A stretch of 64,000 nt of DNA. Source: Sphingobacteriia bacterium (GTDB lineage: Bacteria > Bacteroidota > Bacteroidia > Bacteroidales > UBA7960). Positions 30,205 through 39,669 of this stretch are shown here, piece by piece. Each line of letters starts with the position of its first letter. Position 1 is the stretch's first letter. Position numbers and translations under genes: made by a program. The stretch spans positions 2,726-66,725 of the forward strand of contig JAABSE010000005.1 of NCBI GenBank assembly GCA_011390575.1, written 5' to 3'. The notes under the pieces are model-generated. The model was given only the letters and a program-made list of their open reading frames with translations, was not told the origin of the DNA and made no database searches.

Positions 30205-31515
30205 ATGAAGAGACTTCAGTATTTGTGGGAAGAGCTCAACGCAAGTTTTTGGTTTATACCAGTATTGATGCTAACGATTGCTTCAGGTTTTGCCTTCTTT
30301 TTTCTTTACCTGGATACAAGTTTTAATTACCAGCCCTCAGGGTTCTGGAAATATCTGTTTTCGGGTAGCGTTGACTCCGCCCGAAGTATCCTGACCATCA
30401 TTGCCGGTGCAATGATTGGTGTGGCAGGAACCGTTTTTTCTATCACACTGGTGGTTCTTACGCTTGCATCTTCTCAGTTAGGTATGAGGCTGATAAGGAA
30501 TTTTATGTACGATAAGCTTACCCAGGTGGCTTTAGGTGTGTATGTTTCTTCTTTTGTGTATTGTTTGCTGATAATTAATTCCATTCGCGAGCATGATGCG
30601 CTAATTTTCGTTCCTGTCATTTCAGTGTTTGCAGCCCTTGTTATGGCTTTTGCAGGCATAGTGTTTCTTGTTATATTTATACATAATGTTTCCGTAAGTA
30701 TCCAGGCCGATAAAGTGATCTCTGACATCTCTGAAACCATGTCAAAAAGCATTCAGAAATTGTTTCCGGAAGAAATCGGACATGAGGATGATCTGCCGAA
30801 ACCCACCATCGAAAGCCTTAAAAAGGATTTTCCTGTGATGAAGAAGATAAAAAGCCATCATTCGGGATATTTACAATCGGTTGATGGCGACACGCTAATG
30901 GAAATGGCAACGAAGAAAAACGGTATTGTCATATTGCTTCATCGCCCGGGTGATTTTCTTGTGAAAAACGCCGTAATGTGCGAATTTGTATGCAAGGATT
31001 CCTGCACAGATGATCTTATGGAAAAAATCAATGATTGCTTTATTTTAGGTAAAGTACGCACACCCCTGCAGGATGCTGAGTTTTCCATTCATCAGATGGT
31101 GGAGGTGGCTTCAAGAGCCTTGTCGCCTGGAGTAAATGACCCCTATACTGCCATTGCCTGTATTGATAACCTTACCTCTGTGTTGTGTTACCTTACAGGT
31201 GCCAGGTTTCCTTCTTCTTACAGGTATGATGAGCAGGGAAAACTAAGGGTCATTTCTGACAAACATTCTTTTAAAGGAATGCTCGGTGCCTCCTTTAATC
31301 AAATCAGACAGTATGCCGAAACAAGTCCTTCGGTAATGATTCGGTTGCTGGAGGCAATGGTGACCATTAATTCTTTCGCACAAACCGAAGAACAGAAAAA
31401 GGAAATTGCTGCCCATGGGAAAATGATTATTAATGCTGCTGAGAGGACTTTTCATGAACCCAGAGATTTGGAGGATTTAGAAGAAAGATATAAGATGTTA
31501 AACGGAGAAAAGTAA
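30205..31515 (+). CDS. DUF2254-like membrane protein
   Basis: 436 aa. N-terminal 4-TM region (FWFIPVLM...) and a soluble C-terminal domain. The family call is from memory of this architecture. Confidence 0.65.
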   Translation: MKRLQYLWEELNASFWFIPVLMLTIASGFAFFFLYLDTSFNYQPSGFWKYLFSGSVDSARSILTIIAGAMIGVAGTVFSITLVVLTLASSQLGMRLIRNFMYDKLTQVALGVYVSSFVYCLLIINSIREHDALIFVPVISVFAALVMAFAGIVFLVIFIHNVSVSIQADKVISDISETMSKSIQKLFPEEIGHEDDLPKPTIESLKKDFPVMKKIKSHHSGYLQSVDGDTLMEMATKKNGIVILLHRPGDFLVKNAVMCEFVCKDSCTDDLMEKINDCFILGKVRTPLQDAEFSIHQMVEVASRALSPGVNDPYTAIACIDNLTSVLCYLTGARFPSSYRYDEQGKLRVISDKHSFKGMLGASFNQIRQYAETSPSVMIRLLEAMVTINSFAQTEEQKKEIAAHGKMIINAAERTFHEPRDLEDLEERYKMLNGEK

Positions 31516-31588
31516 TCCTGCATTCTCAGATGTAACATGTATAGTTATATGTTTTGCAGGGAACCTTTAAAAATGTAAATCAGAATAT

Positions 31589-32938
31589 ATGGAAAAGAAA
31601 AAACTGGTTGTTATTGGTGGTGTTGCTGCAGGTATGGGTGCAGCATCCAAAATAAGAAGAGAGAAACCCGATTGGGAAATCGTGGTCTTTGAAATGGGAC
31701 AATATACCTCTTATGCTGCTTGCGGTTTGCCATATTATATTGCTGGTGATGTTGAGTCATTTGAAGAATTAATTGTCCGAAATCCGGAAGTATTCAGGGA
31801 GAAGCAAAACATTGATGTTCGCATATTTCATCAGGTTACGGCCATTGATACGGAAGGCAAACAGGTAAAGGTTAAAAACCTTTCCACCGGAGAAGAATTT
31901 TGGGAAAGCTGGGATTACCTGCTCATAGGCACCGGTGCATCCGCCATAGTGCCGGATGTTCCCGGGGTAGATGCGGCAGGGGTTTACGCACTTACAAACC
32001 TGCAGAGCGGGATAGACACCCGACAGGGAATTGAAAAACTGAATCCTGCGAAAGCGGTAGTAGTAGGGGCAGGTTATATCGGAATGGAGATGGCCGAAGC
32101 ACTTCTTTTATTGAAAATGGATGTAACAGTAGTAGATATGGCTGATCAGGTTATGACCACCATGGATAAAGATATGACTACAATGATTGGTGATTACATG
32201 AAAAAAGAAGGAATTCATCTTATTACCGGTGAGAAACTTGCGAAAATAGAGAAGAATAGCGAGGGAAAGGTAAAAGCTGTGGTAACCGACAAGCAAACCC
32301 TGGAAGCGGATTTGGTTATTCTGGGTCTGGGTGCAAAGCCCAATTCTGAGATGGCTGAGAAGGCCGGAATTGAATTGGGTGTCCGGGGGGCTATCCGTGT
32401 AAACAGGAAAATGGAAACTTCTGTCCCCGGTGTCTGGGCTGCTGGCGATTGTGCTGAATCATGGCACCTGGTTAAGAAACAACAGGTTTATATTCCCTTG
32501 GGTACGGTAGCCAATAAACATTCATTGGTAGCAGGAATTAATATCAGTGGAGGTAATATGGAATTCCCCGGAGTGCTGGGCACTGCCATTACACGTTTTA
32601 AGGAACTCGAGATTTCAAGAACCGGGCTATCGGAAAGGGAAGCTCAGGAATCCGGAATTGAATGTGTTGCCACCACCATTGAAAGTTCAACGCTTTCGGG
32701 GTATTTCCCCGGTACGGGAAAAATTAAGGTCAAGCTGGTGGCAGAAAAAAATACACGCAGAATCATAGGTGGTCAGATTGTGGGTTTTAACGGTGCTGCC
32801 AAGCGTATTGACACCATCGTTGCGGCCATCACCAGCGGTATGACAGCACAGCAAATCGTGGATCTTGATTTATCTTATGCTCCTCCTTTTTCACCGGTTT
32901 GGGACCCTGTACAAGTGGCCGCAAGAACATTGCTTTAA
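31589..32938 (+). CDS. pyridine nucleotide-disulfide oxidoreductase, CoA-disulfide reductase / NADH oxidase family
   Basis: 449 aa. FAD motif VVIGGVAAGMGAA, single redox Cys motif SYAACGLPYYI, NAD motif VVGAGYIGMEMAE, and GDCA. Confidence 0.8.
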   Translation: MEKKKLVVIGGVAAGMGAASKIRREKPDWEIVVFEMGQYTSYAACGLPYYIAGDVESFEELIVRNPEVFREKQNIDVRIFHQVTAIDTEGKQVKVKNLSTGEEFWESWDYLLIGTGASAIVPDVPGVDAAGVYALTNLQSGIDTRQGIEKLNPAKAVVVGAGYIGMEMAEALLLLKMDVTVVDMADQVMTTMDKDMTTMIGDYMKKEGIHLITGEKLAKIEKNSEGKVKAVVTDKQTLEADLVILGLGAKPNSEMAEKAGIELGVRGAIRVNRKMETSVPGVWAAGDCAESWHLVKKQQVYIPLGTVANKHSLVAGINISGGNMEFPGVLGTAITRFKELEISRTGLSEREAQESGIECVATTIESSTLSGYFPGTGKIKVKLVAEKNTRRIIGGQIVGFNGAAKRIDTIVAAITSGMTAQQIVDLDLSYAPPFSPVWDPVQVAARTLL

Positions 32939-32973
32939 TGATAAAATCATTGATTAAGTGACGATTTGTTTTT

Positions 32974-33870
32974 ATGACTGCATACATCAGCAAAGAAAGA
33001 CCTTTCAGCAAAAAGTGGTTCAAAGCCTATAGTTTTATCGTATTGGGCGCTGTTATTATCTCTTTTGGATATGTTTTCTTTATTATTCCCTATAAGATCC
33101 TTCCCGGAGGCGTTTATGGCATAGCTATCATTATGCATCATAAGCTGGGTTTTCCTGTGGGGATGACCGCGCTCGTTTTTAATATAGTATTGTTGTTCGT
33201 GGGCCTGAAATTGCTGGGACCCCGGTTTGGGGTGAAAACCCTTACAGCTCTTGTATTGACATCGATACTGGTGGATGCAGCCAGTTACTGGTCAGATCTT
33301 AAACCTCTGGTGGAGGACGAAGCTTTGCTATCCTCTGTTTTCGGAGGTTTGCTCGTAGGTGTGGGAGTGGGACTGATTTTTAAATCCAGGGCATCTACTG
33401 GCGGCTCTGATGTGCTGGCCATGATAATGGGTAAATACACCAGTATGCCTGTCGGGCAGCTCATGATTGCCATAGATTCTGTTGTGGTATTGCTGGGGTT
33501 GTTGATTTTTGGCGACTGGAAAATACCATTGTATTCCTGGTTGCTGATTTTTGTTTATGGTAAAACGGTGGATGTTGTGCTTCAGGGGCCCAGTTATGAT
33601 AAAACTCTTTTTATCATAAGTAAGAAACATGATTTGATCCGGGAAAAGCTTGTAAAGGACATGGGCAGGAGGGGTTCTTTCCTGTCCGGAGAAGGAATGT
33701 TTGGTGGGAAAAACCATAAAATAATTTTCACCACTGTAACCCGGCGGGAGGTAGCGCTGCTGCAGGACTTTATTCACGATATTGACCCCGATGCTTTCAT
33801 GACCGTGCTCGAAGCCAATGAAGTGCTGGGAGGTGGTTTCAGAACTTTAAAAGACAAGCTGGAAAAGTAG
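32974..33870 (+). CDS. YitT-family membrane protein (DUF161 + DUF2179)
   Basis: 298 aa. Multi-TM region with GGVYGIAII and STGGSDVLAMI, plus a C-terminal soluble DUF2179-like domain. Confidence 0.75.
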   Translation: MTAYISKERPFSKKWFKAYSFIVLGAVIISFGYVFFIIPYKILPGGVYGIAIIMHHKLGFPVGMTALVFNIVLLFVGLKLLGPRFGVKTLTALVLTSILVDAASYWSDLKPLVEDEALLSSVFGGLLVGVGVGLIFKSRASTGGSDVLAMIMGKYTSMPVGQLMIAIDSVVVLLGLLIFGDWKIPLYSWLLIFVYGKTVDVVLQGPSYDKTLFIISKKHDLIREKLVKDMGRRGSFLSGEGMFGGKNHKIIFTTVTRREVALLQDFIHDIDPDAFMTVLEANEVLGGGFRTLKDKLEK

Positions 33871-34211
33871 TCCTTATATTTTTAGACAAGGAATAGGTAT
33901 GTGATTATTGAAGAGATATTTCCTTGGATTTGTAGTTTAATTTCTGCAATTTTGAAGAACGTTACGTGTTTTTTTATATCATAAAGTATTGGTAAAAAGT
34001 GAACTAACTTACAATTAATCATTGTAGTTCACAGGTGAATGAATTAAAATACTTTCTCCTCTCTTACTTTTTTATCTGCACATCTGCAATTTTCTGTAAT
34101 TATTTCGACGGGTTTAAGGGAAAGCAGGTTGCATGATTCTTTTGATAACGAATCTTTTTACCATATTCTGTTTGTGAAAAAATTATTTATAAACGCCAAA
34201 AAAATATTAAG

Positions 34212-35093
34212 ATGGAAAAGAAGAGACCTACGAATGAGACAATGAGAACCATCTCCATAGTATTGGGAGTATTATTGCTGCTCGTGCTTGCAGGCATGAT
34301 ATTTTATATCCTGAAAAGCGGACGTCTGGCGGATGAAAAATCCACGCTCCAAACTGAAAACCAAACAATACAGAACAATTATCAGCAGGTTACAGCTGAA
34401 AAAGAACAGGTGGAGCAGGAACTTGCTGATGCCAGGGAAGAAATGAACCAAATGCAGACCCGATACGAAGAGCAGCTTCGGAACAGGGATATGCAAGTAT
34501 CCGGACTGCGAGCCAGAACCAATGAAATTTTAGTCCTGCAGAACAGGATTGAAGAGTTGGAGCAAATGCAGGCTGAATATGAGAATCTTCAGCAACTCCA
34601 TACAGACCTGCTTGTACAACATGAAGAGTTGGAAGGGCAAATAGAAATCATAACGGAACGTTTTCAGGTGCTTCAGGATAGCGTTGCAGCATCCCGGGGG
34701 TTGCGGGTTTATAATATCAGGGCTTTGACCAGATGGGACCGCTGGCTGTGGGCCGACAGATATAATGTTTCTCTTGCAAAACGGGTAGATGAAACGGTTG
34801 TAACTTTTGAAATGGGGGGAGATCTATTTACAATCCCGGGAAACCGAACTGTTTACCTAAACCTGGAAGATCCCCTGGGAATTGTTATGTATCCTTCTGT
34901 TGAAACCTTTGAAATAAGCGAAAGCAGTGAACTTGTCCCCTACACGCAAATGCAGGAAGTGAATTACAAGGGGGAGCCCATTGCTATGGAGTTTACGATT
35001 GAACATCCGGAAAGACTCGAACCTGGAACATACAATATAAGGGTCTATATTGATGGTGAATTGAAAAGAACCAGGGAGATTGTTTTTGAATAA
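34212..35093 (+). CDS. hypothetical membrane-anchored coiled-coil protein
   Basis: 293 aa. One TM (ISIVLGVLLLLVLAGMIFYIL), about 120 aa of Q/E-rich heptad-like sequence, and a C-terminal beta-rich domain. Confidence 0.5.
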   Translation: MEKKRPTNETMRTISIVLGVLLLLVLAGMIFYILKSGRLADEKSTLQTENQTIQNNYQQVTAEKEQVEQELADAREEMNQMQTRYEEQLRNRDMQVSGLRARTNEILVLQNRIEELEQMQAEYENLQQLHTDLLVQHEELEGQIEIITERFQVLQDSVAASRGLRVYNIRALTRWDRWLWADRYNVSLAKRVDETVVTFEMGGDLFTIPGNRTVYLNLEDPLGIVMYPSVETFEISESSELVPYTQMQEVNYKGEPIAMEFTIEHPERLEPGTYNIRVYIDGELKRTREIVFE

Positions 35094-35199
35094 TCATAAG
35101 GATTAATTTGCACACTACCTTGATTTGCTTTTTTTGAAATAATACTCCCATCAACTGTCTCAGCAATTATTAGTCAACCCAAAACATAAAATAAAAACA

Positions 35200-36819
35200 A
35201 TGAACAGGATAAAGCTTTTAAAACCAGCGAAACTTAAGAAACTGGCAGGTGTAATAATTATGACCGGCTTGTTTGCTGCCTGCGTAAACGAACCACACCG
35301 CGATCAGGTAACCGATAGCGATGCCTTTCCTTTGCTGGAAATGGAAATTCAGGATTTGAGAAAGGCCTACGATGAGAGGATTTATACCATTACCGAGGTA
35401 ACAGAGCTTTATCTTGAACGTATCGAAGAGATTGACAAAAACGGCCCTGGCCTGAATGCTGTCATTACATTAAATCCCGACGCTCTTGTCATAGCGGCAG
35501 AGCTTGATGACGAATTGCAGGAAGGAAAGAGCCGGGGACCGTTGCATGGAATTCCCGTTATTATTAAAGATAATATCGATACCCACGATAAAATGCCCAC
35601 TACGGCAGGATCCAGGGCTTTGGCAGAGTCATACCCGCTAATGGACAGCTATGTGGTGCAAAAACTCAGAGAAGCTGGTGCGGTTATCCTCGGAAAAGCC
35701 AATCTTAGCGAATGGGCCAATTTTCGGGGTGAGCTCAGCAGCAGTGGCTGGAGTGGCTTAGGCGGACAAACCAAAAACCCCTATGTGCTGGATCGCAACC
35801 CCTGTGGGTCGAGCTCAGGATCTGGTGTCGCAGTTTCAGCCAATTTATGTATGCTGGCCATTGGTACTGAAACCAATGGTTCCATCGTTTGTCCTTCGCA
35901 TGCCAACGGAATCGTCGGGCTTAAACCCACGGTTGGCCTGGTAAGCCGCAGCGGTATCATTCCCATCTCTCACTCTCTTGACATTGCAGGTCCTATGGGA
36001 CGAACTGTGAGCGATGTGGCTATTGCCCTGGGAGCATTGACAGGTATTGACCCCGAAGATGAGCACACACTCCTGAGCGATGGCAAGTATCTTACCGATT
36101 ACGCTCCCTACTTAAAAGAGGACGGACTGGAGGGGAAACGGATTGGATTTTTCACTGCCCCTATGGGACGAAATTTCAAGGTAGACTCACTGATGCGAGA
36201 GGCCGTGGCATTTATGGAAAGCCAGGGTGCGGAAATTATTGAATTGGATCAGATTTCGGCTCCCGGTACCGGAAATCATGCGTTTCAGGTTATGCTGTTC
36301 GAATACAAATACGGATTAAATAAATATTTTGAATCTTTAGGCCCGGATGCTCCCGTTAAAAGCCTGGAAGAACTCATTGCGTTTAACAAAGCTGATTCCA
36401 TAACCTTGCGCTACTTTAATCAGGCGTATCTGGAAATGGCACAGGAAAAGGATGGTCTGGATTCGCAGGAGTATATCGATGCCCTGGAAGCTATGCACCG
36501 CGGAGCCAGGGATAATGGTATCGATAAAGTGATGGATGAACACAAGCTGGATGCCATCATCGCTCCTACAGGAAGTCCCGCCTGGAAAACCGACTGGATC
36601 AACGGAGATAGCTTTCAGCTGGGAAGTTCCTCTCCGGCTGCTCATGCAGGGTATCCCAATATTACACTGCCGATGGGGTTTGTAGAAGAATTGCCCGTTG
36701 GGATGTCTGTTTTTGGCCGTGCATGGAGTGAGCCTGTATTGCTGGAAATTGCCTATGCCTTTGAGCAGGGAACCCTACACAGGAAAGCACCTCGCTTTTC
36801 AACCCCTGAAATGCCATAA
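35200..36819 (+). CDS. amidase-signature family amidase (lipoprotein)
   Basis: 539 aa. Lipobox GLFAAC. AS-family motifs [10 protein letters not shown] and [10 protein letters not shown]. Confidence 0.85.
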   Translation: MNRIKLLKPAKLKKLAGVIIMTGLFAACVNEPHRDQVTDSDAFPLLEMEIQDLRKAYDERIYTITEVTELYLERIEEIDKNGPGLNAVITLNPDALVIAAELDDELQEGKSRGPLHGIPVIIKDNIDTHDKMPTTAGSRALAESYPLMDSYVVQKLREAGAVILGKANLSEWANFRGELSSSGWSGLGGQTKNPYVLDRNPCGSSSGSGVAVSANLCMLAIGTETNGSIVCPSHANGIVGLKPTVGLVSRSGIIPISHSLDIAGPMGRTVSDVAIALGALTGIDPEDEHTLLSDGKYLTDYAPYLKEDGLEGKRIGFFTAPMGRNFKVDSLMREAVAFMESQGAEIIELDQISAPGTGNHAFQVMLFEYKYGLNKYFESLGPDAPVKSLEELIAFNKADSITLRYFNQAYLEMAQEKDGLDSQEYIDALEAMHRGARDNGIDKVMDEHKLDAIIAPTGSPAWKTDWINGDSFQLGSSSPAAHAGYPNITLPMGFVEELPVGMSVFGRAWSEPVLLEIAYAFEQGTLHRKAPRFSTPEMP

Positions 36820-36869
36820 ATGTTATTCTGGAGTGACAGAGATTGTTGGTTTTGAAAATTCAAGACACT

Positions 36870-38030
36870 ATGAAACATGTATATGCAATTTTTAATTATT
36901 TGAAATATTTTTTTCCTGTTTTCCTCATAAGTCTGCTTTTGTTGGCCCCAGAGAGTTTGTGGGCTGAGAAGGATTTGTTGAATCAACAAGGGACAATCAT
37001 TATAAAGGTTGCTGCAAGCGAACATGCAGAAGTTGAATCATTGCACGTTTCGCAATGCAATCCTATGCCTGAAAGGGATTTGATAATTAATACAGATTTT
37101 ATTGCATCTGATTACAGGGTGTTTTCCTTTGTTCCCGAAAGTGAAGATTGTCTTATCCTGGAGGTGGATGGAAACCTGAATGCCGGCAGGGTGGAGGTGT
37201 GCCCTAAGGAAGCAGAAGATACGGTGTTTGTAAATTACCCGGTCATTGAAACCATCGTATTTCTTCATACCAACGATCATCACTTTGATATCAACCTGCA
37301 GGATGAGCTGAAAGAAAAAATTACAGAAATCCGCGATAATTATCCCGATGTGTTTCTTTTCGATGCAGGAGATATTTTAGTAAGACATGCCCATCGCTGG
37401 ATTGTAAATGACACCCTGGTAAAAGATTTGGAATGGTACGCACAACGTTCGGTGCAAATGGTCGATAGTATGAATGGTCTTGGCTATCAGGCCATGACAT
37501 TGGGCAATCACGAGCTGGATTATAAAGAACTTTATACCGGTCGGGCATTGGAGGCAGCAGACTTCCCATTGTTATCCGCCAATATGGAAATCACCACCGA
37601 AGCTTTGCCCTCGCCCGAAAGTCATGTAAGTTTCAATACACATACCGGACGAAAAATCAATGTACTGGGCTTATCGGTGGCCAGTGGCAACCCTGCCGGA
37701 ATCCGGCAAAAAGATATCTTTGAAACCGCCGCTGAATATATGTACCTGCGAGAGGAGTCTGACATTTTTGTTGCGCTTACCCATATCGGGCTAAGAAATG
37801 ACGCTCGCCTGGCTGAGGAATTTCCCTTGCTGGATATCATTATCGGTGGCCATTCTCATCATCTCATCGAAGAAGCAGTTCTGGTCAATGACGTGCTGAT
37901 AGCCCAGGCAGGAGGCAACCGCCATGAAGTATCCGACCAGCATCCTGTTTACCTTGGCAAAATAACTGTAAAACTGGAAAACGGGCAGATTGCCCACAAA
38001 GAAGGGTACGTGATTTTTATTGGTGATTAG
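36870..38030 (+). CDS. secreted metallophosphoesterase (5'-nucleotidase N-terminal-domain-like)
   Basis: The track ORF starts at TTG 36843. ATG 36870 gives a signal peptide. Calcineurin-like motifs NDHH, DAGD, GNHELD and GGHSHH are present. There is no room for the C-terminal 5'-nucleotidase domain. Confidence 0.7.
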   Translation: MKHVYAIFNYLKYFFPVFLISLLLLAPESLWAEKDLLNQQGTIIIKVAASEHAEVESLHVSQCNPMPERDLIINTDFIASDYRVFSFVPESEDCLILEVDGNLNAGRVEVCPKEAEDTVFVNYPVIETIVFLHTNDHHFDINLQDELKEKITEIRDNYPDVFLFDAGDILVRHAHRWIVNDTLVKDLEWYAQRSVQMVDSMNGLGYQAMTLGNHELDYKELYTGRALEAADFPLLSANMEITTEALPSPESHVSFNTHTGRKINVLGLSVASGNPAGIRQKDIFETAAEYMYLREESDIFVALTHIGLRNDARLAEEFPLLDIIIGGHSHHLIEEAVLVNDVLIAQAGGNRHEVSDQHPVYLGKITVKLENGQIAHKEGYVIFIGD

Positions 38031-38035
38031 CAGGG

Positions 38036-39136
38036 TTATATTATTTGTCCATCCACCTTAATTCTACCCAGCTTCTTCAATGTGTTGATATGGGCATTGA
38101 AGGCATCAGAAAACTTATCATACACGTAATAGGGGATGTTGAATTCTGCTGTTGTTTGTTCTACGATTTTTGAAATGGCGGGATAATGCACATGGCAGAT
38201 TTTGGGGTATAGATGATGCTCCACCTGGAAATTCAACCCTCCTACATACCATGAAAGGATTTTGTTCTTTTTTGAAAAATCCGCTGTTGACTTCAATTGA
38301 TGTTCAATCAAAGTGTCATTGATATGTCCCTTTTTGTCAGGGATGGCCTGGTGTGGGCCTTCTACTACATGGGCCATCTGAAAAACAAGACTCATAATGG
38401 TACCCGCAACAAGGTGCATGATGAGAAACCCTAAAAGCACCTGCCACCAGAGCAATTCTGTAAGCAATAGAGGCAGGCCAATCAAAACAAAAACATAAAT
38501 TATTTTTGCGGCTATAAGCCAGGCCACTGATTTGCGGAATCGTGAAGGTGAGATGTTGGTCACACCTTTTCGACGATAAGCAAAACGCTTCGGGATGTCT
38601 CCTACTATCATGGAAAGACTCATTAGAGAATACAAGGCCCATGCATAAATATACTGAAACCTGTGATATTTTTTGAGTGGTGCAGCATAGGCAAACCTTA
38701 ATACTGCTCTGCTGTTGATATCCTCATCCTTGCCATAAATGTTGGTAAAAACGTGATGCAGCTTATTATGTTTGATTTTCCAGTTGTAGGCGTCGGCACC
38801 CAGAAGATTCATTGTCAATCCCATCCAACGGTTTACTTTCTGGTTTTTGCTGTATCCTGCATGATTGGCATCGTGCATCACTGACATTCCTATTCCTGCC
38901 ACTCCTACTCCCATTACAATCCATGCTATCAATACCGCCCAATAAGGTAGTGGGAACAAAAGAATGGCTAAAAAAGGCAATATATACATCGAAAGCATTA
39001 CCACGGATTTAATGACCATGGCGCTGTTGTGATTTTTAGAGAGCCCTGTTTCCTGGAAGTAATTATCGACGCGCTGGTGAAGCACTTTTTTAAATTCAAG
39101 ATCTGGGTTTTGTGCAAAAGATATAGTTGTACTCAT
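38036..39136 (-). CDS. membrane fatty acid desaturase (three His boxes, third is Q-x-x-H-H)
   Basis: 366 aa. His boxes HDANH, HNKLHH and QVEHH, with four or more TM helices. Confidence 0.85.
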   Translation of the reverse strand: MSTTISFAQNPDLEFKKVLHQRVDNYFQETGLSKNHNSAMVIKSVVMLSMYILPFLAILLFPLPYWAVLIAWIVMGVGVAGIGMSVMHDANHAGYSKNQKVNRWMGLTMNLLGADAYNWKIKHNKLHHVFTNIYGKDEDINSRAVLRFAYAAPLKKYHRFQYIYAWALYSLMSLSMIVGDIPKRFAYRRKGVTNISPSRFRKSVAWLIAAKIIYVFVLIGLPLLLTELLWWQVLLGFLIMHLVAGTIMSLVFQMAHVVEGPHQAIPDKKGHINDTLIEHQLKSTADFSKKNKILSWYVGGLNFQVEHHLYPKICHVHYPAISKIVEQTTAEFNIPYYVYDKFSDAFNAHINTLKKLGRIKVDGQII

Positions 39137-39669
39137 GGGTGCTAAAGTCGTATGGGTTCATGGTTGATTTTTGTTCTGCCGGATGGCATTTGGGCGGGTT
39201 TCGTAGTCAAATTCCAGACAGTTCCAATTGAATTATATATTCAATGTAAAGGTAACTAAAATACAAATGACAAAAATCCAAAATCTCCTAAATAAGGAAG
39301 AATAGCCCAACCGGTCTGTAAAATAAACATAAATATCCTGCAAAAGTTTGAGAGACGAATTTTGCGAAAAAAGAGTAAAAAACGCTGATAAAGGCATTAG
39401 AAATTTTTTCCGGCTATTAACAAAGTATATACAACTACCATTTCAGAAAATTTTTTACTGCCACAATGGTTTTGCCTGGAAATGTCTTATTTCAAACGTT
39501 TGCGGAGAGCTTTTGTCCGGTCGAAAGGATTGTATGTTTTGTTGTATATAAGAAATATAGAGTAGGCTGTGATTTATCCTGTTTACTTTTACCTCCGTTG
39601 ATAATTTACTTCGACTTATTATTATCAAAATTATTCAAACCAAAACCCAAAAAACTAAAACAAACGTCT

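Noticed and set aside
33999-34032. Imperfect hairpin GTGAACT...ACAAT-TAATC-ATTGT-AGTTCAC upstream of the coiled-coil protein gene
   Set aside because: It needs a 5-nt bulge, has no flanking T-run, and matches no known motif. That is too little to call it a regulatory element.
39227-39245. Inverted repeat ATTGAAT-TATAT-ATTCAAT about 95 nt upstream of the desaturase start, reminiscent of an ARG box (TGAAT-N4-ATTCA)
   Set aside because: The spacing is 5 rather than 4, the context is very AT-rich so chance palindromes are likely, and no arginine gene is adjacent. I kept it only as a note.
39466-39669. 68-codon N-terminal extension of the first glucan-locus gene in the ORF track
   Set aside because: The extension is Cys/Phe-rich with no signal-peptide logic. 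ATG 39670 gives a textbook signal peptide (MKRIIMMLFFLSFSAILLGQA).
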